Notes: a model not told the origin generated them from the sequence alone. Counted from the first letter of the stretch, positions 31,976 to 47,468 are shown. The stretch is 64,000 nucleotides of DNA from Eledone cirrhosa (GCA_964016885.1 OZ024749.1:45384001-45448000), one strand, 5' to 3'. Program-made: numbers and translations.

Positions 31976-32560
31976 TATACATATTTATACATAATGTATG
32001 TGTGTGTGTGACATATATAAGGGTGTGAGCTAAATCTAAAATGTTCTTGAAGTTTATGGTCAAAAACTTACAGATGGTATTAAATGTTACTTTAGTGATA
32101 TATATATTCACTATAAACAATTAATTATCGGATGACAGAGTGCACCGGCGAGAGTGGATTAGTTGATGGCTAATTAACACAATACCCAAGTCTCTGTTGT
32201 TCAAACTATCATGCAAGTTTGTAAGCCACTTCAGAACCGCGTGGCACATCTGCGGATTATACATGGCACACGAATTCAAAACGTTAGCTCTAGAGAATCG
32301 TTATTTTCCCAATTCTCTCCCTCCCTCCTTGCTATACTCGAGAAAAGCGTGCATACTCGCACACTTAAGATTTAATTTCTATCAAGACGTTTTTTATACA
32401 ATCGAAGACATTCCTTTTCACGGTCCAAATATAAATGCCAATACATTTTTGTTTACTGATAAGAACATTGTTAGGATTGGATCATGTTATATCACAAAAG
32501 TCCCATTCATCAAATATTAAACCGAAATATAATTGTATCTACATTTGGCACAAATATAAT

Positions 32561-32694
32561 AATTTCTACTTTTTGGCACAACGCCAGCAATTATCCCAGT
32601 GCATTACTGGTACTTTATTTTATCAACCTCGTAAGGATGAAAGGCAAAGTTAACCTCGGCGGAAATTGAACTAAGATCGTAAAGGGACGTAACT
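32561..32694 (-). mobile_element. SINE family 1, 5'-truncated, with TSD
   Basis: TSD atttggcacaaatataat at 32543-32560 and 32695-32712. Confidence 0.85.
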
Positions 32695-33538
32695 ATTTGG
32701 CACAAATATAATGACGATTAAACTCAAGAGAATAAGTGAAATTTGAATCTTGTTACGCATGACGACAGCCATAAGTAAATGAACTTTTTTCAGTTAAGGA
32801 TAGTTCGTTCTTTTGCTTGTGAAATATAAATAAGCCTTAGCCCACCAAATCCATATCCTCCATAGATAATCTTTACCAAAAACCAAACTAAAAAAACTGT
32901 AGTGAGCCTTCGGATTAGTTGTGAATTATAGATTGTTTTTGCTAACGTATCCAGAAAGACATAGGAAAATGTGTCGGTGCCTTTTACATAAAATATATAT
33001 ACTTGTTGACATGTATTATTTTACACTATTAAATATTGCTTATTAATAATACATATAATTATTAGTTATTGTACTGTATTAAACACTGGCTGTTGTAATG
33101 GTTTCATCGTCTTTGTGTCGCCACAATCGAATATGTCACTCATGATCGAGAATGTATTCTTTGTCCCGTAAAAATAGCATATCATTAATTAATGTTCGGA
33201 CATGATAAAGCTGAATTATGCTCAACTTTAGAGAGTCATGTCCACAAAAAAATATTCTTTCCCTCTTTGGCTTTGGTTTACTTATTTATGTCTTTAATTA
33301 TGACTGTAGAACTTCAGGTTAGCTCTGCTCCAGCAGACTCTTGATTAAAAGTATTTTAGAGGTGAGCATCCATGACACGCTGTGACAATGGATACTTTCA
33401 AGGAATGTATCTAATTGGTTATTCTTCGAGAATCACTTATGTTATTTAAAAGAAAATCTAAATTAATCTTCCTTACAATATTTTCAAATCTCATCCCCAA
33501 TTTCTACGAAATGGCATATATATATATATATAGCATAA

Positions 33539-33579
<41 letters not shown>

Positions 33580-33704
33580 ATATAGAGTTACTAACTCATA
33601 TTGATACCCTGCAATTAACTTAATTTATCAACGTAATTTTAGACACAGAATTCACTGTGTTTATTTCTGTGTTTATATATGTATATATATATATGTATAT
33701 ATAT

Positions 33705-34278
33705 ATATTGTTATACTTTGGGAGGGTCATGTTGCCAATAAGAAATACACGCACCAGTTGCTTTCACTTCAATTTAATTTAATATATATTTATAAATTTA
33801 CAAATTTATAAATTTCTGGTTGGTTGGTTGGTTCCACAACCAGATAGTTGTTTATATATATATAGTCATAGTTCTTTCGTCACACACTCTGTGACCTCTT
33901 CAGTGACTGGGGATTTCTTTCTTCGTTTCTGTGCCTTTCCTTTCTTCTATCCACACACAAACAAAATGGCGTAGGATAGAAGAAAGGAAAGGCACAGAAA
34001 CGAAGAAAGAAATCCCCAGTCACTGAAGAGGTCACAGAGTGTGTGACGAAAGAACTATGACTATATATATATAAACAACTATCTGGTTGTGGAACCAACC
34101 AACCAACCAGAAATTTATAAATTTGTAAATTTATAAATATATATTAAATTAAATTGAAGTGAAAGCAACTGGTGCGTGTATTTCTTATTGGCAACATGAC
34201 CCTCCCAAAGTATAACAATATCGGTTTCAACACACGATTTCAGATAAAGAATCTTGCTAAACAAATTCAGAAACGAAA
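33705..34278. mobile_element. PLE-type pLTR insertion, head-to-head inverted duplication (family C)
   Basis: 248-bp arms 33705-33952 and 33974-34221 with no mismatch seen, 21-bp spacer, about 57-nt tail on the right arm, (TA)n on both sides, HHR in each arm. Confidence 0.75.
34018..34062 (+). ncRNA. Type I hammerhead ribozyme motif, family C; identical mirror copy on the - strand at 33864-33908
   Basis: agtca-CTGAAGA-g-gtcaca(gagtg)tgtgac-GAAA-g(aa)c-TA-tgact: 5-bp stem I, 6-bp stem II, intact core, minimal stem III, CUA triplet. Confidence 0.85.
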
Positions 34279-35103
34279 TATATATATATATATATATAGA
34301 TAGATAGATAGATAGATATATCCGTATGAATTGAATACTGAGAAAAAAGAGTACTCAATATCGATGTAGAGTTAACATTTCATTATATCAAGGATAAATA
34401 GTGAGTCTAGTTACTCTGGAATTTCGTCTATATTTATCATAGGGTCAAGCTAATCTCCAGAGTAACACGAGTAACAATTTAGCCTTAATAAAATGAATAT
34501 ATATATATATATATATATAGACAGCATGCGCATATATACCTGTGTATGTTTCTGTGTAGGTGTGGGTTAACACTTGTATTTTTGTGTGCACACATTTGTA
34601 TATGTGTATGTGTATGCAAACACACGAATATATTTCACCAGAACAATAATGGTGCAACAGATGGAAATAATATATCTACTGTCCCGACACAAAACAACAA
34701 CATCCCGCAAGATATTTAGTACTGGTGTTTCTTACTCAGGAATAAATCAATGTTAAGTAAAAGCGAAACGAGCTTGCACAAAGCTAAAAGTTGATATAGT
34801 TATAATGTATAAATATAACAGGTTTTGCCATTATTAATTCATGGTAGAAAAGAGATACAGTGACAACTGAGTATCGATTTCATCGGAAACATTCTGAGTA
34901 ATTGAATTTTGATGAAGGAACTGAACTACTGGTTTTCGTTATTTTTTTATTTTTTTGTATTTATGTATTTATTTATTTTTGAACTGGTTTAGAATGTCAC
35001 GTAGCTTGCCAGCACTATATGTCGACATCATGTATTATGCATAGTGCAGTAATGGTCGAGTAACGAAGATGTAGTATATATATATATATATACGTATATA
35101 TAC

Positions 35104-35137
<34 letters not shown>

Positions 35138-35268
35138 GTATATATATATATACATATATATATACATATACATATACATATATACGTATATATATTTCAT
35201 CTATATAACGTACATATATTCATATTTATAGGTAAATATATATATATATGTATATATATATGTGTACT

Positions 35269-35347
<79 letters not shown>

Positions 35348-35530
35348 GTATGTGTGTGTGTATGTGTGTGTATGTGTGTGTGCACATGTGTGAGTTTGTG
35401 CGTGAGTGTATATATGTGTGTGTGTGTGTTTGTCCGCCACTGTGTCTATGGCTGTAGGTTTCTATCTATCGATATATATGAATATCCCTGTATGAATATT
35501 TATATATTTATATATATGCATATATGTATC

Positions 35531-35642
<112 letters not shown>

Positions 35643-36041
35643 TGAATAAAAAATATGTCTGTATGTGTATACATACATTTGTAGAAACTAGAGGAACACG
35701 ATCCTCACAGGACTCTTTATTTGTGTATTGGTGGCAATTTTTATTGACCGTGATCTACATCTAAGAAATTCAAAGTAGCTCTGACAAATGTCATTGTGAA
35801 ATATAAATGAAAAGGAATATGCAACTGCAGACATTTTTGGACATCTAAATTCAACTTTCCTCCATACAAAATAGATGCAGCAACCAGGTAACTTGTCTTA
35901 TAAATCGCATTTGTTGAAGAATCTTTGAATATACAGTAATGACACTAATGATAAGAATAATCACGCAAAATTATGTTTAGACAATAAAACTAAAGTCTGT
36001 CTCCCCGATCTGGACAAGATTACTCACAATCTCTTTATTGA

Positions 36042-36190
36042 TTATTGTTTCTACTTTTGGCAAAAGGCCAGCAATTATCCTAGCGTATTACTGGTACTTT
36101 GTTTATCGACCCCCGTAATGATGAAAGGCAAAGTTAACTTCGGCGGGATTTGAACTCAGACCATAAAGGGCCATACCCCTTTGCTGCAAA
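36042..36190 (-). mobile_element. SINE family 1, diverged
   Basis: Central domain and B-box match. Confidence 0.75.
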
Positions 36191-37524
36191 GATAATGCGA
36201 TTTCGTTAGGACGTCTACAAAAGTTATCTCCCCATTACATATTTGCTCAGGTATCCTCTCATTTCCCACCCACCTTAAATGCGCGGCCAACACAATTGGT
36301 TTAGAAGAAACAGTTTTTCTATAATTGATATTTTGGCCCTCTACAGAACAACGGTCTCAGATTTGAAGAACTGTCAATTAATTTTGAAGATATAGCTATC
36401 GTATGTTTTTTTTCGAAGCTTCTTAATGTGTTGACATGACGCCGGTGTGTGATTCAAGTCTCAACCAGAACACTTATCTCATTGCTAATTCAGATGCCAC
36501 TGTCCGACCAGTATCGTTCCTCCAAATTAACGAATCATTTTCTGGCTTTTTTCCACCTTAGTCCACTGAACAAACTCCGGAGAGAGCAATATTTCTAGGT
36601 GGCCGAGCAATTTTATAGATGTTCCAATTGTTGATATTTAACCCATATAATCTCATTTGTCGAAGGTTACACGGACATCAGACTTTACCATGCAATTTCT
36701 TTATGTCTATGGTTATGTTTGTGATGTGTATGTCTCTTTTTAAGACAGAAGCGTGGATCTTGTTTGAAAGAAAAACTGCTACTAAGTAGAACAGATCTAT
36801 CTGTCGACAATACTCTCCCTTCTTTGTACCTTCTGACCGATAATGTTATTCAGAAATATATGTATCAATCTATGATCAGTCTTAATTATTTAGTGGATTT
36901 AGAGGGTAGGAAATGTAGATTCCATACTTTTAAGGTATTAATCGAGTAATCGGATCGCAAACAAACTGACATTTACCACAAGTTTAGATTTGTACCTTTA
37001 CGACGTTTATTCATAGCACATTAACACAAAATTATCTGTGAAAATATACATATTGAATTCACCAACTATTCTGTTATAAATACTAGATCCCAATAAAATA
37101 TTTGCATATTATCCTGCACCTAGATGCTTAGCAAGTGCAATAAATAGTTGACGATATTTACATAAAATCTATAACACGGATAGTTTTGTAATATATCGTC
37201 TGGTATTCTAAGATTTACGTATGGAATTTCCATTGACGGGAAGTACATATATTTACAGGTAATTATCTATATGCAGATAAGAGATAATTATGGAGATAAA
37301 GATCAGATTACGCTATTATTTTAGCACAGTGGATCAAGAAAGAGGGAGAAATCAAATCAAACATACAGTAAATGTCAGAGAGACAATGAGAGATAAAGAG
37401 AATAAGGGGAAAGAGTGAGAGAACGGTGGAGAGAGAAATAACGAGATATAGATAGATATATAGGTTGAGTGACAGACAGAAATTATGGCGGACTAAATGA
37501 ATGAAAGATAAGATAACCTCTGCG

Positions 37525-37564
<40 letters not shown>

Positions 37565-37755
37565 AGAGAAAAGATTTTAATGAAAGTGTCAACATATACA
37601 TAATCCTCCAGTTATCCAATAGGTGACCATCTAGAAAATAATATAATCCATAAGCCATGGACTTATTACAAGAAACATGGTGGAATCGGTAGAACACCTA
37701 AGAACATATCAAACCGAGAGCTACGTCTCACACACATATATAAATACATAGATAC

Positions 37756-38363
37756 ATGGTGGCTGCCAACTCGTTTTCGAGTACGGCCACTACTTTATAT
37801 CCATGTAGGAGAACCCCTACCGATGCGCTGAACGAGTGTGACTTTTTCGTCCAGCCAGCGACTTGAAAACTCTGGTACAAACACTACACTTGTGACAATT
37901 ATTGACACATAGTGCTGGGCACATGGTACCATGTGACGACAAGTGCAGAGAGATATCCAGATATAAAGCAATGCCTGTGCCGTGAATCTTTTATAGTGAG
38001 CAAAGGCACTGCACAAAGCCAGTCCCACTCTCTTAACCAAGATGATATTTACCAAAAAGAATAACAAGTCAACATTATTGGATACCATCAGGGTTGTAGG
38101 TGTTATATCAGAGATTCCTTCTCCCAGAATTCTGTCTTGACAAAGGCTAAGGGGTCATCTCTCCCGCTGATTTTGGATGGCCATTGACTCTTAAGAGCTC
38201 GTTTGCCCTTTGACAGGTTTTGTTTTTAGTCCTGCAGGGTGTCCAAATCACCCTCCACACCAAGAAACCTTGGTGGGGTTGCCAGTTTAGTCGCCAACGA
38301 CCCGACCATGGGACAGGTTGTACTAGGATACATGTTACCAGTAGCACCAACTGGTGACCTGAC
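37756..38363 (-). mobile_element. Internally deleted RTE-clade LINE derivative
   Basis: RTE-like 5' UTR (ggcgactaaactggcaacc..ggagggtgatttggacaccc..aaacctgtcaaagggc) and terminal C2H2 finger HKCSVCTRVFKSLAGRKSHTRSAH, stop at 37817-37819, short 3' UTR. Confidence 0.6.
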
Positions 38364-38649
38364 ATACATACCTACATACATACACGATGGCAGCTGGCTA
38401 GAGCTCGAGTGTAACCATCTCTTGAATTTTAAAACATGTTTGTGTAGCATGATTGTGAATTTTAGGCCAATCTCTGACACATATTTTACAGTATGGCATT
38501 TGGTACCAAGGACCGATGGCTGGTTGCCATTTAGTTTCAAGTGTCACGATAGGATTTCTCCTAGTTGGCAGACTACCACAATGATGGCAAATATTTATAC
38601 CATATACACCAATGTAAGCTGCATCAGCCCATTTTACATGGACTTTTAT

Positions 38650-38805
38650 CCAGCTGTTAATCCAGAGTCTAGAACTAGCTGTTGAAACGGCAAGAGCTCA
38701 GCTGTTGGGTTCCGACTCTTTATAATATAACCATAATCTACTACATCGAGTATCAAGTATTCTGTTGAGTAATGGTCTAACCAGTTTCAAACTGATTCTC
38801 TCGTG

Positions 38806-38807
<2 letters not shown>
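38650..38807 (+). mobile_element. Family D element, old diverged copy; a further fragment lies at 40769-40822 (-)
   Basis: ctagctgttGAAAcggcaagagctcagctgTTgggt...tctactacatcgagtatcaagtattct ending in (TA)n. Confidence 0.5.
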
Positions 38808-38837
<30 letters not shown>

Positions 38838-38881
38838 GGACGGTAAACAATGATGAAGATTATATATATATATATATTTGA

Positions 38882-38930
<49 letters not shown>

Positions 38931-39402
38931 AATTTATTTTGAAAGATTGTTTGAATTTTGCTTGTCCTGCTTATCTCAATTGTATAGTTCTGGTATGTCA
39001 AATTAATGCCATTGAAGAACAACTGTATTATAGACACCCTATATATTTCCGAGGGTACTTAGCACCTGTGGGGATATTGGTCTAATGTTATGTATATCTC
39101 CCATGTGTAGAGAAACAATCCGTCGTTTGCCTAGCTGCTATTTTTAGTGGTGTGGCAGACAACACGTCTATGCTACTACTCCCACACTACCAACGACTAG
39201 TTCACGTGTAGGTCACGTTTACGGCCCCATTTGATCCTGCACTAGCTGGCTGAAGGCAATATATGTGCTGGCTGTGGGACTTTATGTCCTATGTAAGGGA
39301 AAATGCTTTCTGAAGAGCCGAACTTTCCATTGGAAGTCCCTTGGATTTCTAATCTTTGGTGAGGCGAAATATTATTTGAACTTTGCTTGTCCCGCTTATC
39401 TC

Positions 39403-39433
<31 letters not shown>

Positions 39434-39435
39434 AT

Positions 39436-39580
39436 CTGAGTTCAAATCCCGCCGAGGTTAACTTTGCCTTTCATCCTTACGGGTTCGACAAAATAAAGTA
39501 CCAGTGACGCACTGGGGTCAATTTAATCGAATTTCCCCTCCCGCAAAATTGCTGGCCTTGTGCCTATATAAGAAACAATT
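39436..39580 (+). mobile_element. SINE family 1, long variant, 5'-truncated
   Basis: Contains the extra ggggtcaatttaatcgaatttcccctcccgcaaa segment. Confidence 0.8.
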
Positions 39581-39622
39581 ATGTATATATATATATATAT
39601 ATTTATATGGACGATGATGATG

Positions 39623-39666
<44 letters not shown>

Positions 39667-39668
39667 TA

Positions 39669-40093
<425 letters not shown>

Positions 40094-40116
40094 ATATATA
40101 TAAACGTATTTATATA

Positions 40117-40154
<38 letters not shown>

Positions 40155-40724
40155 TATATAAATACGTTTATATATTTTAACATATGTCCATCCATGCTGG
40201 CGACAGGACAGAACGGACGGATTATACATATGCCCGAATGCATACATATTTTTGCACATTCACAGTTATAAGGACACATTGAAATGCATATCATACCAAT
40301 CTCATTTCTATTTTATACTTGTTGGTGTTCATTGTCACATGCTAAATTGTTTTCTTTGTATTCACTTTCGTTGAACTAAAGTTACTGGCTAAAATCTACA
40401 ACGAGCCACAATAGAATTCACAGTCACTCTCGTTTCACGAGGAGAATGCTTTTGTTTTAAAATATATCCTCCTGTTTAGTTAATCGAGTAAAATATTTTA
40501 GAATGCTTTCAATAAGTTTTTTTCATTCTATCTTTTTTATATATTTTATGCTATGATGGAAATTATTATTATTTTGCAGGAATGTCATGACTGAAGCGTG
40601 TCATATCAGGGAATATAATTATATTCTATCTGTCTTTACTTCACTTTCACTTCGTCGCTTTCTCTCGCGCCTTCTATTAATTTTTCTCTTTATCTACTTC
40701 TATATCACCCCCTCTCTCTCTATC

Positions 40725-40761
<37 letters not shown>

Positions 40762-40927
40762 ATATATAAGAATACTTCCGTACCCCCACGGCTGAGCTAC
40801 TGCCATTTCAACAGCTAGATACAAATCTTTCATATTACCCACGCTTCTACCCCATGTATCGAGAAATTTGATGAGTAATTGACTAATTGGTTTTTACTGA
40901 ATCCATTCTGATTTATTGTACACACAC

Positions 40928-41021
<94 letters not shown>

Positions 41022-41177
41022 CTATATATATATATATATATATACCTATCTATGTATCTGAGAGTCTCTCTCTCATTCTCTATCTCAATATATGATACAT
41101 CACCTCCTTTTCAGCCTCCACAACTGGATATACAATCTCGTACGTTATGTTAGATTCCTCTTAATTGTGCCATGTCA

Positions 41178-41360
41178 TAATTGTTTCTGCTTTAGACACA
41201 AGGCCAGCAATTACCCAGTGCATCACTGGTACTTTATTTTATCGACCCCGTAAGGATGAAAGGCAAAGTCAACCTCGGCGTGATTTGAACTCAGATCGTA
41301 AAGGGACGTAACTATGCTGGAAAGCATGGCGTCCGACCCTCTACCGATACTGCCAATCCA
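41178..41360 (-). mobile_element. tRNA-derived SINE (family 1)
   Basis: Full-length match to consensus. Confidence 0.9.
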
Positions 41361-41940
41361 ATGAGGCTTAATTTGATTTTTAGGTGTCAGGCGATGCAGA
41401 AGCTCACACAAAACAGTGTAACCGAAGGGAAAATAAATAAATACAAAATGGTGAATACAAACCATTATTTCTACTCGAAAAGCATACAAACAAATGTTCT
41501 TAGATATACAAGGGTCGGGTGAAATGTTCATAGTCTGACGATGAAGTAGTAATGCTAGTGCTGTGAAATCGTGCATGTATTGATTTCAACACTCCTCATT
41601 AAAAACTACATTATTTCTTTCCAAGGACTATGTAGAAAAAACTAAAACTCATTTGGTCATACCATGAGAGTATCTTGATAAGCCAATATATAATCATAAC
41701 AAGGAACATGCATGACATGTGATCACAAAACACCCAAACACAGTGTGAATTAATACCATTCTTAATACGAACTATGAACCAAGAATTCCCCGAAATGTTG
41801 TACGCGGGTATGTGTGCCATTTTGAATGTATATCCATGGTGAAGTCATGAAATTATAAACCCAAAACGGAGAAGTATATATACAATCTTTTGTGGTTCAT
41901 TATCAATATTCATATGTTGGTATATATATAGATATATATA

Positions 41941-42057
41941 AAGAAGGAAATGTGGTAAGGAACCAGGTGGACCATAACGCACCAAAGTACTCAATACTTA
42001 GGGTAGTAGAGTGGGTAATAGGAACGAGTAGGACCACGACGGCTGAGCTCAAGCCGT
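41941..42057 (-). mobile_element. Family D element, 5'-truncated
   Basis: Matches 54843-54960; TA-rich flanks. Confidence 0.65.
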
Positions 42058-42203
42058 ACATATGTACATATATATGTGTATATATATATATATATATATG
42101 TACATATTTAAAAGTACATATATATATGTACATATATATATATATATACACACACATATATATTTAAACATAAATACATACGCACACAATATATATATAT
42201 ACA

Positions 42204-42255
<52 letters not shown>

Positions 42256-42259
42256 TATA

Positions 42260-42336
42260 CATGGAGTCACAAAAATGTATACACACTTCAACAGAATTTC
42301 AATAGAAGTATGTATACATATTTTTGGAAAACACTG
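42260..42336. mobile_element. Tc1/mariner-type MITE
   Basis: Imperfect TIRs of about 30 bp (catggagtcacaaaaatgtatacacactt / aagtatgtatacatatttttggaaaacactg) with TA on both sides. Confidence 0.6.
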
Positions 42337-42675
42337 TATATATTATGGAATAAATGGAATTTGACCAAACTCATGATCACACAAATAAATATTTTTGTAG
42401 ACTAATAATGTTTTCATATAATTATTATATTTATATTTATTGCAATCGAAATTATTTTTTCTACATTATGACATCAACATCACCATAATCATAACCATCA
42501 CCATCAACATCATTATCCCCTGAATGACCATCATCATCATCATCATCATCGACATCATCCTCATAGGCGTATGTGTACGTAGAGAGAGATTATAGTGCAT
42601 ATGACATTCATAAAATTAACTATTCTCATATGGACAAGAGCATATAAATATACACATGTATATACGATGTATGTT

Positions 42676-42708
<33 letters not shown>

Positions 42709-42768
42709 GTTTATGTATGTATATGTGTGTGTGTTTATGTATGTATATGTGTGTGTATGTGTGCGTAA

Positions 42769-42799
<31 letters not shown>

Positions 42800-43321
42800 T
42801 AGTTATGTTTTATGCATCACTAATGGTCAGAAAACGGTAACAATTAGGCGCGCACGTCTTTGTCTATTATCTGATAATCCTTTCGCTAATGTTTGTATGC
42901 GACCACATTCTCTGAACGAATCACGGTTCAGTGGATTGTGGAAAAATCATTCTATAAACATTGTTTCACGACTTACACACCCCCACCGCGACAATGTTCG
43001 AGAATATTGTCCGTGATGTGAAATTCAAGCTAAGTCTTAACTACACTGGTTTTAAAACTACAACCTAGCTACGATGAACAGATGTCGACGACAGTATGTG
43101 AATTAAAATAATTTGTGAATGCAATGATATGTGAACTAATACAACAATAGCTGAAAGATAGATACTAACGTAAAGGAAAGGAAGAGTAACATAGTAAAAA
43201 TATATATGAGAATACACACACACATATACACACAAAACATATATATATATATGTATGTATGGATATATACATATATATGTATGTATATTTCTATATATAT
43301 ATATGAGAATATATGTTTATA

Positions 43322-43403
<82 letters not shown>

Positions 43404-43429
43404 TATATACACACACGCACACACACACA

Positions 43430-43484
<55 letters not shown>

Positions 43485-43556
43485 AAATATGTATATGTAT
43501 ACATAAATGTACATATATGCATATATTTAACATATTTACATACACACACACACACT

Positions 43557-43604
<48 letters not shown>

Positions 43605-43669
43605 CATATATATATATATACATATATATACATATACATATATACATATATATATATATACATATGCAT

Positions 43670-43718
<49 letters not shown>

Positions 43719-43723
43719 CATAC

Positions 43724-43812
<89 letters not shown>

Positions 43813-43819
43813 CATACAT

Positions 43820-43884
<65 letters not shown>

Positions 43885-44202
43885 TACATATATATATAAT
43901 TTCAAAAAATTCAAACGAAAGCAAACATATCAAAGAAAAACGGAAATGAATTTAAAAGTAAACAAATCAAAATGAAACACATATTACAACATGGATGTAA
44001 AAAAGTAAATATTTAAAAGACAATATTCATGAAGCAACAACAACACAAATAAAGAAACAACAATTAACGGGGATTCTAATCATTTTAATTTTACCGTCAA
44101 AAGCGAACGAAAAGAATAGAATTGTATTTGCGTGAAAAACATAAAACATTGAATAAGATTGGAAAAAAATATAAACTGCAAACGAATGAATTGGAAGCTT
44201 AC

Positions 44203-44246
44203 TGGTGGTGGTGGTGGTGGTGGTGGTGGTGGTGGTGGTGGTGGTG

Positions 44247-44292
<46 letters not shown>

Positions 44293-44321
44293 CACTACCA
44301 CTACTACTACTACTGCTACTG

Positions 44322-44361
<40 letters not shown>

Positions 44362-44384
44362 CACTACCACTACTACTACTACTG

Positions 44385-44451
<67 letters not shown>

Positions 44452-44609
44452 CACTGCTACTACTACTACTACTACTGCTACTACTACTTCTACTGCTACT
44501 ACTACTACTACTGCTACTACTACAGCCGATAATGATGATGTTGCTACTATCGGTGCTTCTTCTGTTTCTGCTGTTGCTACTACTACTAACACTACTACTA
44601 CTGCTGCTG

Positions 44610-44666
<57 letters not shown>

Positions 44667-44767
44667 ACACTACTACTGCTGCTCTGCTGCTGCTACTACT
44701 ACTACTACTACTTCTACTACTACTACTACTACTACTACTACTAACACTACTACTGCTGCTACTACTG

Positions 44768-44842
<75 letters not shown>

Positions 44843-44862
44843 CTACTACTACTACTACTACT
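44203..44862. repeat. Compound (GGT)n-(CTA)n/(CTG)n microsatellite
   Basis: Direct inspection. Confidence 0.95.
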
Positions 44863-45191
44863 AAGAATAATATTAATGATACAACAATAATACTGATATG
44901 AATTATAAAAAAAAATATCTTAAATGAAAGACAAATAACAGAAGCTAGAGCGGAATCAGTGAAATATCACGAAATAGATACTTAAATGGATATATATTTC
45001 GTAAACAATTATTGAAATAGCATATTACTTCTCGAATGTAGACACTCACTCCTCCACAACCACAGACCCTCGTACACACAGGCATTGACACAAACACAAA
45101 TACAAACGCATTCATGTAGGGATAGAGATGCTCTTCTACATACAGTCTCACTCATAACTATACCCAGATATATAAAGAAATATTATATTAT

Positions 45192-45376
45192 GGTGGATTG
45201 GCAGTATCGGTAGAGGGTCGAACGCCATGCTTTCCAGCATAGGTACGTCCCTTTACGATCTGAGTTCAAATCCCGCCGAGGTTGACTTTGACTTTCATCC
45301 TTACTGGGTCGATAAAATAAAGTACCAGTAATGCACTGGATAATTGCTGGCCTTATGCCTAAAGTAGAAACAATTA
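45192..45376 (+). mobile_element. tRNA-derived SINE (family 1)
   Basis: Full-length match to consensus. Confidence 0.9.
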
Positions 45377-45604
45377 TAATATATACATGTAGTTTAATGT
45401 TGGTTTGGTTTGCATCAGTTAAATCCCGATCGGGCAAACCTTAGAAAACTTTTTCGTTTCGAACACAAAAAGAAACCTATATATATATATATATAGGTTT
45501 CTTGGTTCGACCGAGGTAGAAGATGCTAAATATTCGGTCGCCCTCATGTCTCTGATTTTCAGCCCCATGGATTTTGTCTATTGTATTCCTTTGTTATATT
45601 TTGA

Positions 45605-45662
45605 ATACCTGATGATGTCACCCGATTCACACTGAACCCGGTCATTGAAATGATCATAGTAT
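45605..45662 (+). ncRNA. Hammerhead motif with degenerate stem II, family H
   Basis: atac-CTGATGA-[31 nt including ttca(cac)tgaa]-GAAA-tgatca-TA-gtat, followed by AATAAA and then (TA)n about 50 nt later. Confidence 0.6.
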
Positions 45663-45706
45663 AATAAACCTTTCAAGGATTTACACCAGTCCAGCCTCCT
45701 GTTATT

Positions 45707-45780
<74 letters not shown>

Positions 45781-45781
45781 C

Positions 45782-45817
<36 letters not shown>

Positions 45818-45850
45818 ATGTATGTATGTATATATATATGAAAAGATTCA

Positions 45851-45972
45851 GAAACGACCGGAGCTCAGTCGTCGGGGTGTCCTGCATCTTTTCATATTAC
45901 CCACTCTACTAGCCCAAGTATCGAGTACTCTGGTGCATTATGGTCCACCTGGTACCTTACCACACCTCTTTG

Positions 45973-45975
<3 letters not shown>
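45851..45975 (+). mobile_element. Family D element, 5'-truncated
   Basis: gaaacgaccggagctcagtcgtcgggg...tacccactctacta...tatggtccacctggtaccttaccaca ending in (TA)n. Confidence 0.65.
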
Positions 45976-46013
<38 letters not shown>

Positions 46014-47197
46014 CTTACAATGAATGCATTCTTAAAACGTTGTTCAGGGGCTCATGGGAAATCTTGGATGGTACCCACTTCGAGAACTAAACGATAACAG
46101 AGAGGAAAGACTGAATCAATAGACAGGAAAAGAGATATAGTTACGTTGAAAATAGAGAAAATAGAGAAAAGAAGTGAAGAGAGGACACCGTGCATCACAG
46201 ATAATATTGTGAAATTGATAATAATCGTATTCGTACAAAATTTATAATCGTATTCCTAAGTTTAACTAATCAGCTTCCACACATACTTTGCAATTTAAAT
46301 ATCTAACAATAAATATTATACTAATTTGTCGTCGCCGTGTAAAGTTTCGTAAAGTTTTGTGTTTCCTTCCCTCTTATTAAATACTCCAAGCACATTGCTT
46401 CCTTAACTTGTCAGTCACTGTGATACCATATGGATCAGCAATACCCTCGATAGTGTTTGGAGCAGTGTACTTTCATTTCCATGGCCGAGCTATAGAAGAC
46501 TCCACTATTCATTTATCGAATATTTATATTTATGTACCGTATATCCCAGCGTCGAAGAGGCTACTTTTTACCTAAAATAAGTCTAAAAAATTGAAAATGG
46601 CTCCTTGAGACCGAAGGTTTATTATTTTTTTACAAATGTTTGGTTGTCAAAATTAGAGAGCGTTCTCGGGGACGAAGCGTCTTCGGGGTCGAGAAATACA
46701 GTATATATTATACATTCGTAAGATCCAAATGTGTACCTTTACTATAGTTACGTTTCGAAGATGATACGAAATGATTTGACAGAAGACGTTTCTTATAATT
46801 TTATAGAGACCATATTTCCTCAGCAGTTTTGTAAAGTCCAAAGATTTAATTATATTTTCCCATAACATAATCCATGATAGATAAAAAATAAAAAAAGAAC
46901 ACCCACCACTCTGGATATCTTTCATTAGAATGTTGGATTTAGAAAGTGTAATATTATAGGTTAGGTATTTCCTGTCTCCCTTAATAGTCTCCTTCGATAA
47001 GTATTAGAGTAAAATTTACAGACCACTTGTAGTCTGACTGTCGCAGTAACGTGAGAAATATGACTGTCAACCCACCATTTACATCTATGTCAGATCAGCT
47101 GTGACTCAGTATAGTCGCCTAAACATTCCTACCGTCTCCAATTACTTGAGAGTGTCGTGTGGATAGCTTGCTAATATCTGTACAAGACGGCTTGTGA

Positions 47198-47265
<68 letters not shown>

Positions 47266-47430
47266 TTAGATGCATTCATATGCTCATGCCAACATTTTGA
47301 GGTAAACATGCGGTCGGTACACACACACACACATATATAAATACACACGCACATACACATACACACAAAAATTACATACAATCTTCAGGTATATTTATGT
47401 GCAGATATGTATACCTAAGGAAAGCATACA

Positions 47431-47468
<38 letters not shown>

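Noticed and set aside
36440-36625. Possible mariner transposase remnant (- strand VEKSQKMIR..VASELA)
   Set aside because: Too short and frameshifted to support without a search
38239-38685. 148-aa + strand ORF
   Set aside because: It spans the antisense RTE 5' UTR, a TACA repeat and an unrelated flank
39307-39380. CTGAAGA-gcc...ggc-GAAA candidate hammerhead
   Set aside because: Stems I and III are too weak to call, although a related 3' piece is repeated near 38940-38980
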